Below are positions 7,466 to 17,990 of a stretch of 38,114 bases of DNA, one piece after another. The notes under the pieces are model-generated. The model was not told where the DNA came from. It ran no database searches and saw nothing but the letters and a program-made list of their open reading frames with translations. Source of the stretch: a virus (lineage: Duplodnaviria; Caudoviricetes); IMG/VR virus record IMGVR_UViG_3300020043_002760, positions 1-38,114 of that record. One strand, given 5' to 3'. Each line of letters begins with the position of its first letter. Position 1 is the first letter of the stretch. A program made the translations under genes and the position numbers.

Positions 7466-8625
7466 TACCCACCCCATCCGAAGTCGAGTGAAGATGTAAT
7501 CGGTGAAGAAGCCGTTGTCGCGCCAGTGCCGAATAACATCCACGCCAGACACGCACCGTCTTCGATCTTTGGCAATGAAGGAAGTTGGTTAACCAGATCA
7601 CGCTCTGACCAGACACCGGTAATCGGTATCATGATGTCAGCTAGTGGTTTGGCGATGACAAGCGCGGTGACACCAGAACCAGTGTATGCAGTACCGCCAG
7701 ACCATGTGAAGCTCTCAATCGACTTAATTCCAGTGTCCCCGCCTTGCTTTGGAAGGAAAGCACCGTATCGGCCTGATGCGTTGCCGGAGTGTAGGACACG
7801 GTTCGCATAAGCATCAGCCGCCGCACCCATTGTTACAGAACCTTGGAAAGCGCGGCCTGCCGTTCCTGCTGTGTTTGTATAGCTTGAAGCAGAAAGGTTA
7901 GGGCCACCACCAGTCGGAGCAGTCTGCGCTACGAAGAAAGCCTCACAGCCGACACCATCTTGATAGCGTGGCATCTGCATGGTCATTGTGTGCGTACCAG
8001 TGCCAGCATCAGTGTAAGCGATGAACGTGCCAGCGATAGCGTTTGCCAGAGAGGTCGCCACGTTGCAGGTCGTCGCTGATTGGCGAACAATCCAGTAATC
8101 GGTAGCAAGGGAAAGACCTGTCGGTAGCGTGGTCGTGGTCGTGAAGCGCACCTTTGAGAAGGTCTTGAAGTCGTTTGTGTATGTCAGCAACAGACCGCCA
8201 GAAGACGAAGCTGTGAAGGTGTTGCTGTTGATAAGCGTGCGCGAACCAGTACCCGTCACGTTTGTCGTTGCCATCCGGTAATAAGCCTGAATGTCAACCA
8301 GCTTTAAAATCCAAGGCGCACCAGCCGCGCCAACAATCGTCGCGCCAATGTTCAAAAGGTGCTTTGTCGCAGTACCACCGGGTAAACCGCCATGTTGCAT
8401 ACCGATGACAGTCGTGCCGTCTCCTGACGTTTCGGTGCAAGTCGAGAATACCAAGTCTTGCGTTGCGGGGAATGTGCCAGCGTTCGGGTTTCCAGCCATG
8501 CCGACCGTTAGATGCCATCCGCCAGCGGTGTGAACCGTGCCGCTGTTTTTGTTCAATTCGCGGCGAAGATATTTACCGTTCGTCGTGATCTGGTTGATTA
8601 AGTCGTCGTGCGAAGAATAGCCCAT
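7465..8625 (-). CDS. Putative structural protein, paralog of 8625-9479, with inserted fibre-type domain
   Basis: Shared blocks PRY.DG.G, APT.GG, GDTG+..I.SFT, LP.I..GA.L. Confidence 0.75.
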   Translation of the reverse strand: MGYSSHDDLINQITTNGKYLRRELNKNSGTVHTAGGWHLTVGMAGNPNAGTFPATQDLVFSTCTETSGDGTTVIGMQHGGLPGGTATKHLLNIGATIVGAAGAPWILKLVDIQAYYRMATTNVTGTGSRTLINSNTFTASSSGGLLLTYTNDFKTFSKVRFTTTTTLPTGLSLATDYWIVRQSATTCNVATSLANAIAGTFIAYTDAGTGTHTMTMQMPRYQDGVGCEAFFVAQTAPTGGGPNLSASSYTNTAGTAGRAFQGSVTMGAAADAYANRVLHSGNASGRYGAFLPKQGGDTGIKSIESFTWSGGTAYTGSGVTALVIAKPLADIMIPITGVWSERDLVNQLPSLPKIEDGACLAWMLFGTGATTASSPITSSLDFGWGG

Positions 8626-9479
8626 TATGTTTCACTCCAAACTGTTGTCATTGTTCCGACCACGGTCGCGCTTGCCATTGAAGCGCTTGCGTGTGTAAAG
8701 ATACCGAGATACGCGCCGTTCTTGATTTCCGGCAACGGATATTTCATTCGGATAAATTCTGTTTCGTGCGTGTATGTCTGCGTATAAAAGTTGGCGATGG
8801 TGATGGGTTTTACAAGCACTAGCGCGAATAGACCACCAGATGTTCCGACCATCGTGAAAGAGGTGATCTCTCGCACACCTGTATCTCCGCCATCTAATCT
8901 TAAAAAGAATGATGCGTTCGCAGCAGTCGCAAGCTCTGATGTCGCGACAGAACCGATGTTTAAAGCCGCGACAGATATGGTGTTGACAGGAGATGTCTTA
9001 GCGTCACCGTCCTGATTTATATAGTTGAATGTGAAAGAGCCACCACCAGTTGTCGGTGCGACACAGATAAGAACTGGCAGAACCCCATCTCCATCAGCAT
9101 ATCGAGGAAGTTCGACATCATTGACCATGACCTGTTCATCAAGGCTGTCGCCGTCGATAAAAGGATAATACAGGAGGTAATCGCAGATATGGTTCTGACC
9201 ACGCATCGCGTTGCTGGAAACGATATTTATATCTTTTATGAACTTGTTTCCACCCGGTCTGTCATCGCCGTGAAAGATACCTTTAAAGCTATCAAGTGTC
9301 GCGGCTTCCAGAGGAGATGATGCGTAATAGTTCGGCACTGGATTTCCCGGAGCCATTGACAGGTCATACCACTGACCAGAGACAGTCGTCGCAGTCGGTG
9401 CTTTACGGAAGTTCGTTGTAAGCACCCTTCCGTTGTCAACTTGCTCTTTTACCAGTTGCCTGATATTGCGAAAGCCCAT
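8625..9479 (-). CDS. Putative structural protein, paralog of 7465-8625
   Basis: Same shared blocks as 7465-8625. Confidence 0.75.
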   Translation of the reverse strand: MGFRNIRQLVKEQVDNGRVLTTNFRKAPTATTVSGQWYDLSMAPGNPVPNYYASSPLEAATLDSFKGIFHGDDRPGGNKFIKDINIVSSNAMRGQNHICDYLLYYPFIDGDSLDEQVMVNDVELPRYADGDGVLPVLICVAPTTGGGSFTFNYINQDGDAKTSPVNTISVAALNIGSVATSELATAANASFFLRLDGGDTGVREITSFTMVGTSGGLFALVLVKPITIANFYTQTYTHETEFIRMKYPLPEIKNGAYLGIFTHASASMASATVVGTMTTVWSET

Positions 9480-9482
9480 CTA

Positions 9483-9890
9483 TTAATCCGCTACTACGTT
9501 AAGATCGCCAGCGTTGAACTGTGGCTGAATACCAGACGAAATTGCCAGCGACGAAGACAGTGCGCCAGAGCAGATCAGCGTTCCAGCACCGGAAGAAGAT
9601 GTCACGATTCCGAAGTGTGTCGCCGTACCAGAGCCGCCAGTGCAGGTCGGAAACTGAATAAGCGCGGCGTTTTCAGCCGTGTTGCCAGACACTGTGAAGC
9701 CTGTCGTGCGGCTGATCGCTACCCTTGCATACGAAGTATAAGCGATTTCGTTTGTCGGTGCTGTGCCAGCTTCGCCGGGGTCAGATGTGTACAGAGCGAC
9801 GTAAAAATCAGATGCACCATGCCATGACGGGTTCGTATCATCGAACATATAAGTCAGGAGTGCGGTTTCGGTTGTGTTTGAAAGTGACAT
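9483..9890 (-). CDS. Minor tail/fibre-associated protein
   Basis: ALYTSDPGEAG..NEIAYTSYARVA..IQFP..THFGI pattern typical of small phage tail proteins. Confidence 0.7.
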   Translation of the reverse strand: MSLSNTTETALLTYMFDDTNPSWHGASDFYVALYTSDPGEAGTAPTNEIAYTSYARVAISRTTGFTVSGNTAENAALIQFPTCTGGSGTATHFGIVTSSSGAGTLICSGALSSSLAISSGIQPQFNAGDLNVVAD

Positions 9891-10351
9891 TAGATTAACC
9901 CCTTCAGTTTCGCTTTGATCGCGTCATTTGCTTTGTTTAACTCATCAAGCTCCGCCTGTGCCTTATGACGCTGTGCAGTCAATGCTTCAAGCTTACGCTC
10001 TTCTTCCTTGTTCATGGAAGCCAGTTTTCCGCTTTCAATGCGTGCGGCAGAGAGGATAGTATCAGCTTCCTCTTGTGCCTTTGCTTCGATTAGCGCGGCC
10101 TTCTTTCCGGCAGCATCAATCATATTATCGGCAGACGCTTTTGCAGATGATAGCTCTTTTGCTATCCCTGATTTCTGCGCTTCGAGGTCAGCGACCTCTT
10201 TAACCAAAACTTTAACTTTCGCATTGGTTTCGCGCTCCATAGCCTCAAGGCCATCAAACGTAGCGGCAACTTCTCCAAGCTTCTCAAGTGCCTTGAAAAG
10301 ATTTACTGCTTTTTTAATCTCTGTTTTCGCTTCTGATAAATTCATTGTCAT
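9890..10351 (-). CDS. Coiled-coil protein
   Basis: A/K/E-rich heptads. Confidence 0.75.
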   Translation of the reverse strand: MTMNLSEAKTEIKKAVNLFKALEKLGEVAATFDGLEAMERETNAKVKVLVKEVADLEAQKSGIAKELSSAKASADNMIDAAGKKAALIEAKAQEEADTILSAARIESGKLASMNKEEERKLEALTAQRHKAQAELDELNKANDAIKAKLKGLI

Positions 10352-10746
10352 TAACCCCTGATTGTTCCCTTAAGCCAAACTGTAATATTAGAACCAGTAC
10401 CGCCAGCGGTCTTAGGGCGAACCCACATACCGCCCTGCAAAAGCTGCGCTCCCAAAGTTGTCGTGGTTGTGGAGATAGCAGTTTCCGTTGTATCAGTTGC
10501 AGCGTGCCATACCGCGCTTGCGTGGCTTGCGTGGGACGGATTCCCGCGCTCATCGATTGCCCATTCAAGCGTTGTCGTTGCGCCGCCATGGGTGACTGGC
10601 TCAATGGAAACTTGCATATCTGGATGCTTACCCATGAACACAGGTATACCTGTATCATCTCCGTCCAGACCAGTCCATTTCCAGACAACCGTACCAGTCG
10701 CCTGATTATCGTCTACTCGCGTAGGTGTTCTTGGTGTATCAGCCAT
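10351..10746 (-). CDS. Hypothetical beta-rich virion protein
   Basis: GAGG RBS; coupled to downstream genes. Confidence 0.7.
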   Translation of the reverse strand: MADTPRTPTRVDDNQATGTVVWKWTGLDGDDTGIPVFMGKHPDMQVSIEPVTHGGATTTLEWAIDERGNPSHASHASAVWHAATDTTETAISTTTTTLGAQLLQGGMWVRPKTAGGTGSNITVWLKGTIRG

Positions 10747-10762
10747 AGTTTCCTCTTGCTTG

Positions 10763-10960
10763 TTAAGGTTGTTTTAAAGTTGCTAATTCTTGCTCTAGTT
10801 CAGCAAGTCTTTGTTCAAGTGTTTTAGGTTTTGGAGTGTCTATTTCCTGCTGTGCTATTGCAGATTTAGACAGAAGATCATCCTTCTCCTGTCCTGTAAT
10901 TTCAACGACAACTTCCTGCTCTCCGATTGGCTTTGAGCAATCAATGATTAACTTTTTCAT
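10763..10960 (-). CDS. Small protein after tail fibre (possible fibre chaperone)
   Basis: Position; C-terminal TLEQRLAELE coiled coil. Confidence 0.55.
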   Translation of the reverse strand: MKKLIIDCSKPIGEQEVVVEITGQEKDDLLSKSAIAQQEIDTPKPKTLEQRLAELEQELATLKQP

Positions 10961-12915
10961 TAGTTAACTCCATACAAAGAATATGTTCCGCCATCAAAAA
11001 CGCCAGTTCCTACGTTATCCCAAGTAATACGAATACCAGTCAGGCCGCGCGTTTCAAGTGACGTTCCGTTAATGAAAACGCCAGTAACAAAGCCCGAATC
11101 TGTATCTGTGCCAAATTCAGTTCCAGCCGTTTCCGCGACGTTGAACATTCCATTATACGTCTTTGCAGGACCAGATTGATACGCAGGGAAGTTAATGACG
11201 CATGATGATATTTCTATTGATGCTTGCGTAGTATTTGCCCAAAGCCTGTTTTCTGCGGCAGATACTCCAGCAGTTGTCGGAGTGGCATTTAATATTTGCG
11301 TGTATCTTACCCTGTTATTCGCTGATCCAAAGCCGTTACCGAAGTTTACATCTACTCTTAAGGCGCGTGTGTTGACGCTGTTAGAAGCTCCTGAAATCGT
11401 CAAGACCAATGCGCGGTATGTTTGTGGGATAGATGTAATATCAACAACGGTAGGCGAACCAGTTGAAAGCGTTCCAGATGCAATTGAAGTTACGCCACCA
11501 GAGCCAGCAGACATATTGCCATTCAATTTCTGGATGGCTTGCAAGATGGTATCCGTAGCCGCAACCGTACCAGCGCCGGAGGTGTAGCCCGTGAGGACGG
11601 CGTTAAGGGCCGGGTTTGTCTGCGTGCCAAGGCTGTCATGGTAAAGAGTTGCGCTGTTAGAAAGCTTGGGCATAAATCCATGCTTGGTCGTGCTGGCGTT
11701 GTTTGTCGTGTTATCCGCGAGAACAATGTCAGTCTCAATGGCTTTTGCAGGGTTTTGCAATTCCCAATAAGTGCCAGTAGCCTCGTAACGAAGCGTCATG
11801 GTATAACCAGCAGCACCCGTATCACCAGCGACAAGCGCAGCGTTTCCGCGTGCTTTAATCGTCAATGCGCCGGAGCCGTCTGTATTCAGTGTCGGGTTAG
11901 TTACGGTATTCGCGCCAGCGGTATTGACCACTTGAATAACAAGGTTATCAGCAAGTGTAAGGTCAGGAGAAAAGTCAGCCGTGATTGCGTCTGCCGTACC
12001 TCCAGCATTAGCAATTTGAAGAGAGCCAGCAGCACCAGTATTTCCGGTTGCCCCCTTTGCGCCAGATACCTTGATTGTCCAGTCCGCAAGCGTGCCAGAG
12101 CCGCCAATGGTCGTAACGTCAACCGTCAGCGTGGTTCCTGTGTAGGACGCGAGGCCATGCATATAGTTGTTTTCGTCAGCGTCCGAAGTAATCAGCACAA
12201 AGCAATCATCGAAGAATTTACCAGATTGCGTGGTGAATACTTTTGTACCTGTGCCGATGGCAACCGAGCTTGTGGATGTGCCGCTCAAGTTAGCTACGTA
12301 TTGTGCAGCCTCTGCCGCCGCAGCCGTTGAAATTCCAGCCTGTGTAGTGGAAATTCCGGCTTGTGTGGTCGCCGTTGTAGCGGAAGTAGCCGCCTCGTCA
12401 ATCGCATCATCAATATCAACGTCCGTATTTTCCAGACCGTCTTCCGTGGCGTTCCACTTCAGAGCCTTACCAGCTTCAGGAATCGGAAGCTCTACACTTG
12501 TCAGAGAGGATTGTTCTGGTAACTTAAGCGTTCTATCCAGTTCCTCGCTCAAGTCTTGCGTAATTGCCGTAAGCCTGTCGAGTTGGTTTTCAACCGACTT
12601 TGCAGGAAAGACCGTACCAGTAGGAAGGGATAGGGATTGCGACAATGGCAATCTACGCAGCAGAAGGATATCCTGTGACGCGCTAGGTATCTTCGGCGCA
12701 CTTGTTACCTGTACGCTTGCTGTGCCATTTGCAGCGATTGTTACGGTGTAATGCGTGGAGATTGTCAGTGTCTCGACAAGCGCATCTGTAGCCCTTGTGA
12801 TAATCTGGACTTCAATATCCGTAGTCGCGAAAACACGCGCAGGGAAAGAGAAGGTATCGGTTGAACCATTCCCTTGATATCTATAACGATTTAGTTCGCT
12901 TGCAGAAATAGTCAT
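10960..12915 (-). CDS. Tail fibre protein
   Basis: T7 gp17-like N-terminal anchor (Y.GNGST..F.FP...LDRL..I.Q); mosaic T/A/G-rich body. Confidence 0.85.
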   Translation of the reverse strand: MTISASELNRYRYQGNGSTDTFSFPARVFATTDIEVQIITRATDALVETLTISTHYTVTIAANGTASVQVTSAPKIPSASQDILLLRRLPLSQSLSLPTGTVFPAKSVENQLDRLTAITQDLSEELDRTLKLPEQSSLTSVELPIPEAGKALKWNATEDGLENTDVDIDDAIDEAATSATTATTQAGISTTQAGISTAAAAEAAQYVANLSGTSTSSVAIGTGTKVFTTQSGKFFDDCFVLITSDADENNYMHGLASYTGTTLTVDVTTIGGSGTLADWTIKVSGAKGATGNTGAAGSLQIANAGGTADAITADFSPDLTLADNLVIQVVNTAGANTVTNPTLNTDGSGALTIKARGNAALVAGDTGAAGYTMTLRYEATGTYWELQNPAKAIETDIVLADNTTNNASTTKHGFMPKLSNSATLYHDSLGTQTNPALNAVLTGYTSGAGTVAATDTILQAIQKLNGNMSAGSGGVTSIASGTLSTGSPTVVDITSIPQTYRALVLTISGASNSVNTRALRVDVNFGNGFGSANNRVRYTQILNATPTTAGVSAAENRLWANTTQASIEISSCVINFPAYQSGPAKTYNGMFNVAETAGTEFGTDTDSGFVTGVFINGTSLETRGLTGIRITWDNVGTGVFDGGTYSLYGVN

Positions 12916-12945
12916 TCTAAACTCCCGAAGTTATAATAGCATAAA

Positions 12946-15447
12946 TTACTTGGTCTGTTCACCCAAAACTTTTAGATATTCCTCGATAGGTTCACGCAGT
13001 AATTCGTCTTCATTTGCTAAAGCTGTAAGCCTTGCGATATGTGCCGGAATTGAGGAAATTCCCTGCTCTACGGGCGTGGCGAGCCATTCAATGAATTTTG
13101 GATTAGTCAGCAATTTCGCTGCATACTTTGGTGCAAGAACAGCACCTATGCCATATCCGGCGATACTGCTTATATCACCATCGCCAGCATAAAGTCCTGT
13201 AGCGGCACCGCCAAGACCCTGCAACATAACCATCGTATTAATTGCGCCAGCAGTATTAGAGGTGTTCTGCGATCTACCGACTTCTTTCAGCTTTGACATC
13301 AAACCCGTCAACTTATTCAGAGCTTGATATGTTTCTTTGTTGCCTTTTGTATTAAAAAGCACTTCTTTTGCCTCGGGCGACATTTTATTCCAGTTTGTCA
13401 GGAAAGTGTTTATTGAAAAAAGCTCACCTGTCGCGTCCTGCTGTCCTGCACTAGCCTTGCCGAGCTTATTTAAGACGCTTGCCGAAACGGTATCCCATTC
13501 TTCTGGTTTGAATAGTGTTTTAAGCTTTCCGAGCATAGACCCGCCGTATTCAGCACCGCTTAGGGCAAAATTATACGCCTTTTCCTCGGCATCGTACTGC
13601 ATAATTTTATTCATTGTCTGGCGGTATTGCGTTTCATATATACGGGTGTACCTATCAGCCGTTTTTAGCATTTTTGCGGCTTCTGGACTTACCTGTTCTG
13701 CAACATTGGCTAAATCTTCACTTAAGGCCGCATATATGCGCTTTCTTGCTGCGTTTTCAACTCCGCTTTGTGTAAATGGGTTATCTAGGTCTTTACCGAT
13801 TGCGGTTCTAACTTGGCGCAAAGCCTGAAAATCAATTCCTTCATCCCCGGCATCTGCAATAATTGCGCTCAATTCAGTCATCGCAGATTTTAGCTTAGGG
13901 GCCATGCTTTTAGGGGCACTCGCAACCTCTTGCGTCATATCTTTTAGTAATTTTTGGGCAGAACCGACACCAACTAGGACGTTTTCACCCATAGCATCAT
14001 ATGCCTCATTATAAAGCTGCTCTTGCCTAAAACCAATCCGCTCGCCAGCTTTTACGACAGCTTGCTTAATAACGCCGCCAGCATCTTGAGTTGAGACTGG
14101 TGTTCCGTATTTTTTAACTATGCCAGATACGGCCTTTTGCGTTTGCCCTATTACATCATCAACCTGTTTTGCAATAATGTCAGCGGAGGACGGGGTTTGA
14201 GCTAGGCCAGCCTCTATCCTCGCCATGCCCTTCCCACCCGTAACGGCTGGTAACGATGGTTCAATTCCAAATTGCTTAAAAGCACTTAGAACCTGTTGCG
14301 CCTTCGCACTTGCACCGCCCAAAGCTTTCTTTGCTAATGGCGTAATGGCCTGTCCGATAGATTCACCAGTTGCGCTTATTACGCCCTCGCCAAGATTTTC
14401 AACAACTCTTCTACCAAGGCCTCGGTTATCTTTTGTATATTTAGCTACAAGGGCATCATAATATCCTGCTGCCATTGACGCACCGAAGCCAGCACCAACC
14501 ACTGACATCGGCACAGATGCAACTCCGCCGCCAGCTAAAGCCCCAGCAGCCGCGCCAAGTCCAGATCCAACTGAAGTCATTATTTCTCGTGTTGCGCCAG
14601 CGATATCGCCCGTATCCATACCCTTTGGATTAAATACAGTAGGCTTTCCGGTATCTGGATTTGTAAATATAAAGTTATTATCGTCATATGGCTGCGCGTC
14701 TGGGTAGTATTGCTGAATAGTAGCTAGTCTATCAGCATCATCATAAACGCTTCCGACTATTGCGCGAATGTATGATGGCGCACCAGTATCTCTATCTATC
14801 ATTTGAGTGTTGCCAGATGCAGCTTGATAAAATTTATCGCTGGAATCTGGCTTAACCGCTAATGAATCGTATAAATCGGCGAATGACTGTTGATTTTTGG
14901 CAGAAATTGACGCCTGAATATCGTCATTTTTAGCTCCACCGATTAACGTGTCATAAAGGTCTGCAAATTCGGCTGCTTTCGGCTGCTGTGGGCCTTGCGG
15001 AGCAATTCCCCTTGCCTCTGCATCGATATCGTCAAACTTACTTGTCCATTTTCTAGCAAATTCTTCGGCTGTAATATTCTCGTTGCCACCGTTATTTAAT
15101 ACTTCTTCTTTTCCCAATACGTCTACTGCCCTTTGATCTTTCTGCGATAGTATTTTCACAGCACCATCGGCACCTTGTTGATGTGCCAAGTATAGCTCAC
15201 CGTGTGACGGATCTCTGCCGAGCTTATCCCTTAATGTTTTATAATTATCTTCGGTAAACTTCTTAACTGCCTCTGTTTCCTGCTGTGCATATTCAGGAGT
15301 ACCAAATTCGGCGGTAATCCCGTATTGCTTTGCTGTAGAATCAATAAATTGATACCTACCCTTTGCGCTAGATTTAACATTCTGGGCCAGCGGATTGTTC
15401 CCACTTTCCACTTGCGCGAGCTTATCAAGGTAAGCAGGATTAAACAT
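12946..15447 (-). CDS. Internal virion (ejection) protein with N-terminal lytic transglycosylase-like domain
   Basis: VESG.N..A.N..SSAKGRYQF and LYLAHQQG motifs; position before the tail fibre. Confidence 0.8.
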   Translation of the reverse strand: MFNPAYLDKLAQVESGNNPLAQNVKSSAKGRYQFIDSTAKQYGITAEFGTPEYAQQETEAVKKFTEDNYKTLRDKLGRDPSHGELYLAHQQGADGAVKILSQKDQRAVDVLGKEEVLNNGGNENITAEEFARKWTSKFDDIDAEARGIAPQGPQQPKAAEFADLYDTLIGGAKNDDIQASISAKNQQSFADLYDSLAVKPDSSDKFYQAASGNTQMIDRDTGAPSYIRAIVGSVYDDADRLATIQQYYPDAQPYDDNNFIFTNPDTGKPTVFNPKGMDTGDIAGATREIMTSVGSGLGAAAGALAGGGVASVPMSVVGAGFGASMAAGYYDALVAKYTKDNRGLGRRVVENLGEGVISATGESIGQAITPLAKKALGGASAKAQQVLSAFKQFGIEPSLPAVTGGKGMARIEAGLAQTPSSADIIAKQVDDVIGQTQKAVSGIVKKYGTPVSTQDAGGVIKQAVVKAGERIGFRQEQLYNEAYDAMGENVLVGVGSAQKLLKDMTQEVASAPKSMAPKLKSAMTELSAIIADAGDEGIDFQALRQVRTAIGKDLDNPFTQSGVENAARKRIYAALSEDLANVAEQVSPEAAKMLKTADRYTRIYETQYRQTMNKIMQYDAEEKAYNFALSGAEYGGSMLGKLKTLFKPEEWDTVSASVLNKLGKASAGQQDATGELFSINTFLTNWNKMSPEAKEVLFNTKGNKETYQALNKLTGLMSKLKEVGRSQNTSNTAGAINTMVMLQGLGGAATGLYAGDGDISSIAGYGIGAVLAPKYAAKLLTNPKFIEWLATPVEQGISSIPAHIARLTALANEDELLREPIEEYLKVLGEQTK

Positions 15448-17075
15448 TAGTCAGCCCACCCTAAGTTTTTCTTAACTTCAGCTATATCCATGCCCTTCTC
15501 TTTGGCAATAGCTTCGAATAGCTGTTCAGGAGTCATTGACCTCTGTTTGGCTACATCGATTAGCTTCTGGTTTTTCTCGGCCTTGGCATCTCCTTGTGTT
15601 TTAATGCCCTTAAAGACCCTATCGTAGGCATCCTGCGGCAGTCCGATATCAATCATTCGATATCCTCTATTTCTTGATTCCGCTAGATATGGGTCAATTT
15701 GCGTTTTTGAAGATTCCAAAACCGCTTTCCCAAATAGCTCGGCAGATTTCTTCATCTCTTCCACCTGCTTAGGAGTTGCAATAGCACCTTCTTCAATCTT
15801 TGAGATCATTAGCTTTAGATTATCAAAGGCACTGTTACCCTGCGCGGATAGCTTGATATCACCCTCACGAACCGCAGCACCATCATCGATTAGCTTCTGA
15901 AATGCAATCAAAGAGGCCAGTCCTGCCTGTTTGTTGTTATCTGCCAAAAATGCATCCGCTTGCATTAATACTTTATCAACCTGTATTTTTGTATTTGCGG
16001 CTGCCTCGAATGGGGCTTTAACCTGAACCCCAACTCCCTTGGGTGTGTAACCGCCGTCAGGGGTACGTTCTTTGTTCATATCGACCTCACCCGCCCCAGG
16101 CAAGTCAACGCCAAATCCTATCTTTGCAACAACAGACGGATTAAGCTTATCGACAGTTGTATTAGTAAGCTGTGCGAATTTATTCAACTTTCCATCAACG
16201 CTATCCTGCATAGATATGCCGGACACCTTGCTATAGATATCTGCATTTGAAACCTCAACGCCCATATCCTTGGCTGCGGATTTTAACGTGCTTATTTCCC
16301 GTGAAATTTTTGTACGCTCTTTCTCTTGCGCGCTTAATCCAGATTGGATGCGGCTAACCACTGAACGCTGTTGCTCCGGGGTCATGTATTCAACTAGCTG
16401 CGGATTACTATCAATAATCTCTCTAGCGCTGTCGTACTCACCACGGTCTAATCTTGACTCAAGCGCGGATTGAACTAGCTGTCCACGCGCTGATTCTGCT
16501 ATTGTCAATTCGTCCATAGTCTCCATTGCCCCGCCGTACTCGCCCAATACGCCGTTAAGCTCGGTAAAGGCGGTATCTATATAGTCTGGGTTATCATAGA
16601 CCTGCTTGGAAATTCTACTAATCTCCTTTCCTGCGGTATTCATGATAAATTCTTTTTGCGCCCCCCTTGAAACCTCTGCCATTCTAGTTGTGTACCCATC
16701 ACGCAGGGAAATAATTTGCGTTTCTAGGCTTGCGCGGGAATCTGGACTACCTGTGTGTTCCTTCAGGTATTGAAATGATTTATCCCTTACCATGCCGTTA
16801 AACTTCTTAACTGACTCTGGGTCAGTCATGTCATTTTCTTGAGAAAACCTTGTAAATTCAGATTGCATTTCCTGATTAAATTTTTCAGTTGCTCGCGCAC
16901 GCTGGATTGTATCAACGCGGTTATTCTTCTTGATTTCAGCTTGAGCAAATTGATCTGATACTTGCGCCAGTCCGGTAGCGACTACACCCGCGTCCTGAAC
17001 AGCTTGAGGGTTTACAAGGCTTGGTGTCTCTCTAGGCTTAATTACGCCGCGTGTGTACTGTGGTATTTGTGGCAT
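15447..17075 (-). CDS. Internal virion protein
   Basis: MPQIPQY start, helical, syntenic with podovirus ejection genes. Confidence 0.7.
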   Translation of the reverse strand: MPQIPQYTRGVIKPRETPSLVNPQAVQDAGVVATGLAQVSDQFAQAEIKKNNRVDTIQRARATEKFNQEMQSEFTRFSQENDMTDPESVKKFNGMVRDKSFQYLKEHTGSPDSRASLETQIISLRDGYTTRMAEVSRGAQKEFIMNTAGKEISRISKQVYDNPDYIDTAFTELNGVLGEYGGAMETMDELTIAESARGQLVQSALESRLDRGEYDSAREIIDSNPQLVEYMTPEQQRSVVSRIQSGLSAQEKERTKISREISTLKSAAKDMGVEVSNADIYSKVSGISMQDSVDGKLNKFAQLTNTTVDKLNPSVVAKIGFGVDLPGAGEVDMNKERTPDGGYTPKGVGVQVKAPFEAAANTKIQVDKVLMQADAFLADNNKQAGLASLIAFQKLIDDGAAVREGDIKLSAQGNSAFDNLKLMISKIEEGAIATPKQVEEMKKSAELFGKAVLESSKTQIDPYLAESRNRGYRMIDIGLPQDAYDRVFKGIKTQGDAKAEKNQKLIDVAKQRSMTPEQLFEAIAKEKGMDIAEVKKNLGWAD

Positions 17076-17560
17076 TATACTAATCTCCCGAATGATTGCC
17101 CTGCATTGGTCAAGCCACTCATGAAGGCTTGGCGACCAGATGATTTAAGTTGTGCCGCACGAATACGGCCTTCCGAATATGCGGCTGCGCTTGATGCCGC
17201 ACCTCCGCGTAAAATCTCGTCCACGTTTTCTTTGCCGCGTCTGCGAGTTTCTTCTAAAGCTAAAAACGGGGTTCCCTCAAGCGATACGCCGGATTTCATA
17301 TAAGCGAGTTTCTGCCTACGTCTGACGTCATTCGCCTCATCATTCGCATAGCCAGCTTCTTTAGCGGCGACACGTTCAGCTTCAGCACCGCGCATCTTTG
17401 CTTCTTGCGTTGCAAGGCTGGATTGATACTTCGCCTCTTGGTTGGACTGAAATCCGCCAATAATAGAGGACACACCGCTTAGTACACTAAGCCCAGTTGA
17501 AACCGCCGTAGCGGTTCCGGCAGATGCACCCATTGCCAATAATGCCGATTCGATTCCCAT
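17075..17560 (-). CDS. Small internal virion protein (T7 gp14-like position)
   Basis: Gly/Ala-rich N-terminus, Q+..Y..SGV.LEGTP motif. Confidence 0.7.
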   Translation of the reverse strand: MGIESALLAMGASAGTATAVSTGLSVLSGVSSIIGGFQSNQEAKYQSSLATQEAKMRGAEAERVAAKEAGYANDEANDVRRRQKLAYMKSGVSLEGTPFLALEETRRRGKENVDEILRGGAASSAAAYSEGRIRAAQLKSSGRQAFMSGLTNAGQSFGRLV

Positions 17561-17561
17561 A

Positions 17562-17990
17562 CTATTCCACCACCTTAGACCACATACAATAATCATTCCC
17601 ATTATGATATTTCTTCATAACACCCTCTTTCTCAAATCCTAAAAACGCCATCCACCGATTGTGCAAGTCATCATTCATGCAAGCTGTCTGCATACGGTTC
17701 AAGGCAAAGTCATGCCTGATCTTGTCTAACCATCTGCGGATTTCACGCGCAAATGTCAGCGTAACCGAAGACACCCACAATGAAGGGATAAGCCAGATTT
17801 CAGAGTTGCCGTTATTCAGTGGAACGATACCGCCACAGGCGATAATCCTGCCATCGACAATGCCCGTAAAGGCAAGGCTGTTTTCCTGAATGGAGCGGAT
17901 GATATTATTGCCAGCCAGCAAAGAGCGCTCATGCTCTCTTATGTCCATACAGTCCAGATGCTCAACTTTAAACGGTATGATCTTCGTCAA
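17562..17990 (-). CDS. GNAT-fold acetyltransferase-like tail assembly protein (T7 gp13-like position)
   Basis: RWMAFLGFEKEG.MKKY motif; TTG start overlapping the tail tube stop. Confidence 0.75.
   Translation of the reverse strand: MTKIIPFKVEHLDCMDIREHERSLLAGNNIIRSIQENSLAFTGIVDGRIIACGGIVPLNNGNSEIWLIPSLWVSSVTLTFAREIRRWLDKIRHDFALNRMQTACMNDDLHNRWMAFLGFEKEGVMKKYHNGNDYCMWSKVVE

Noticed and set aside
10960-12915. Diversity-generating retroelement targeting the tail fibre (BPP-1-like architecture)
   Set aside because: No reverse transcriptase and no adenine-variant template repeat seen
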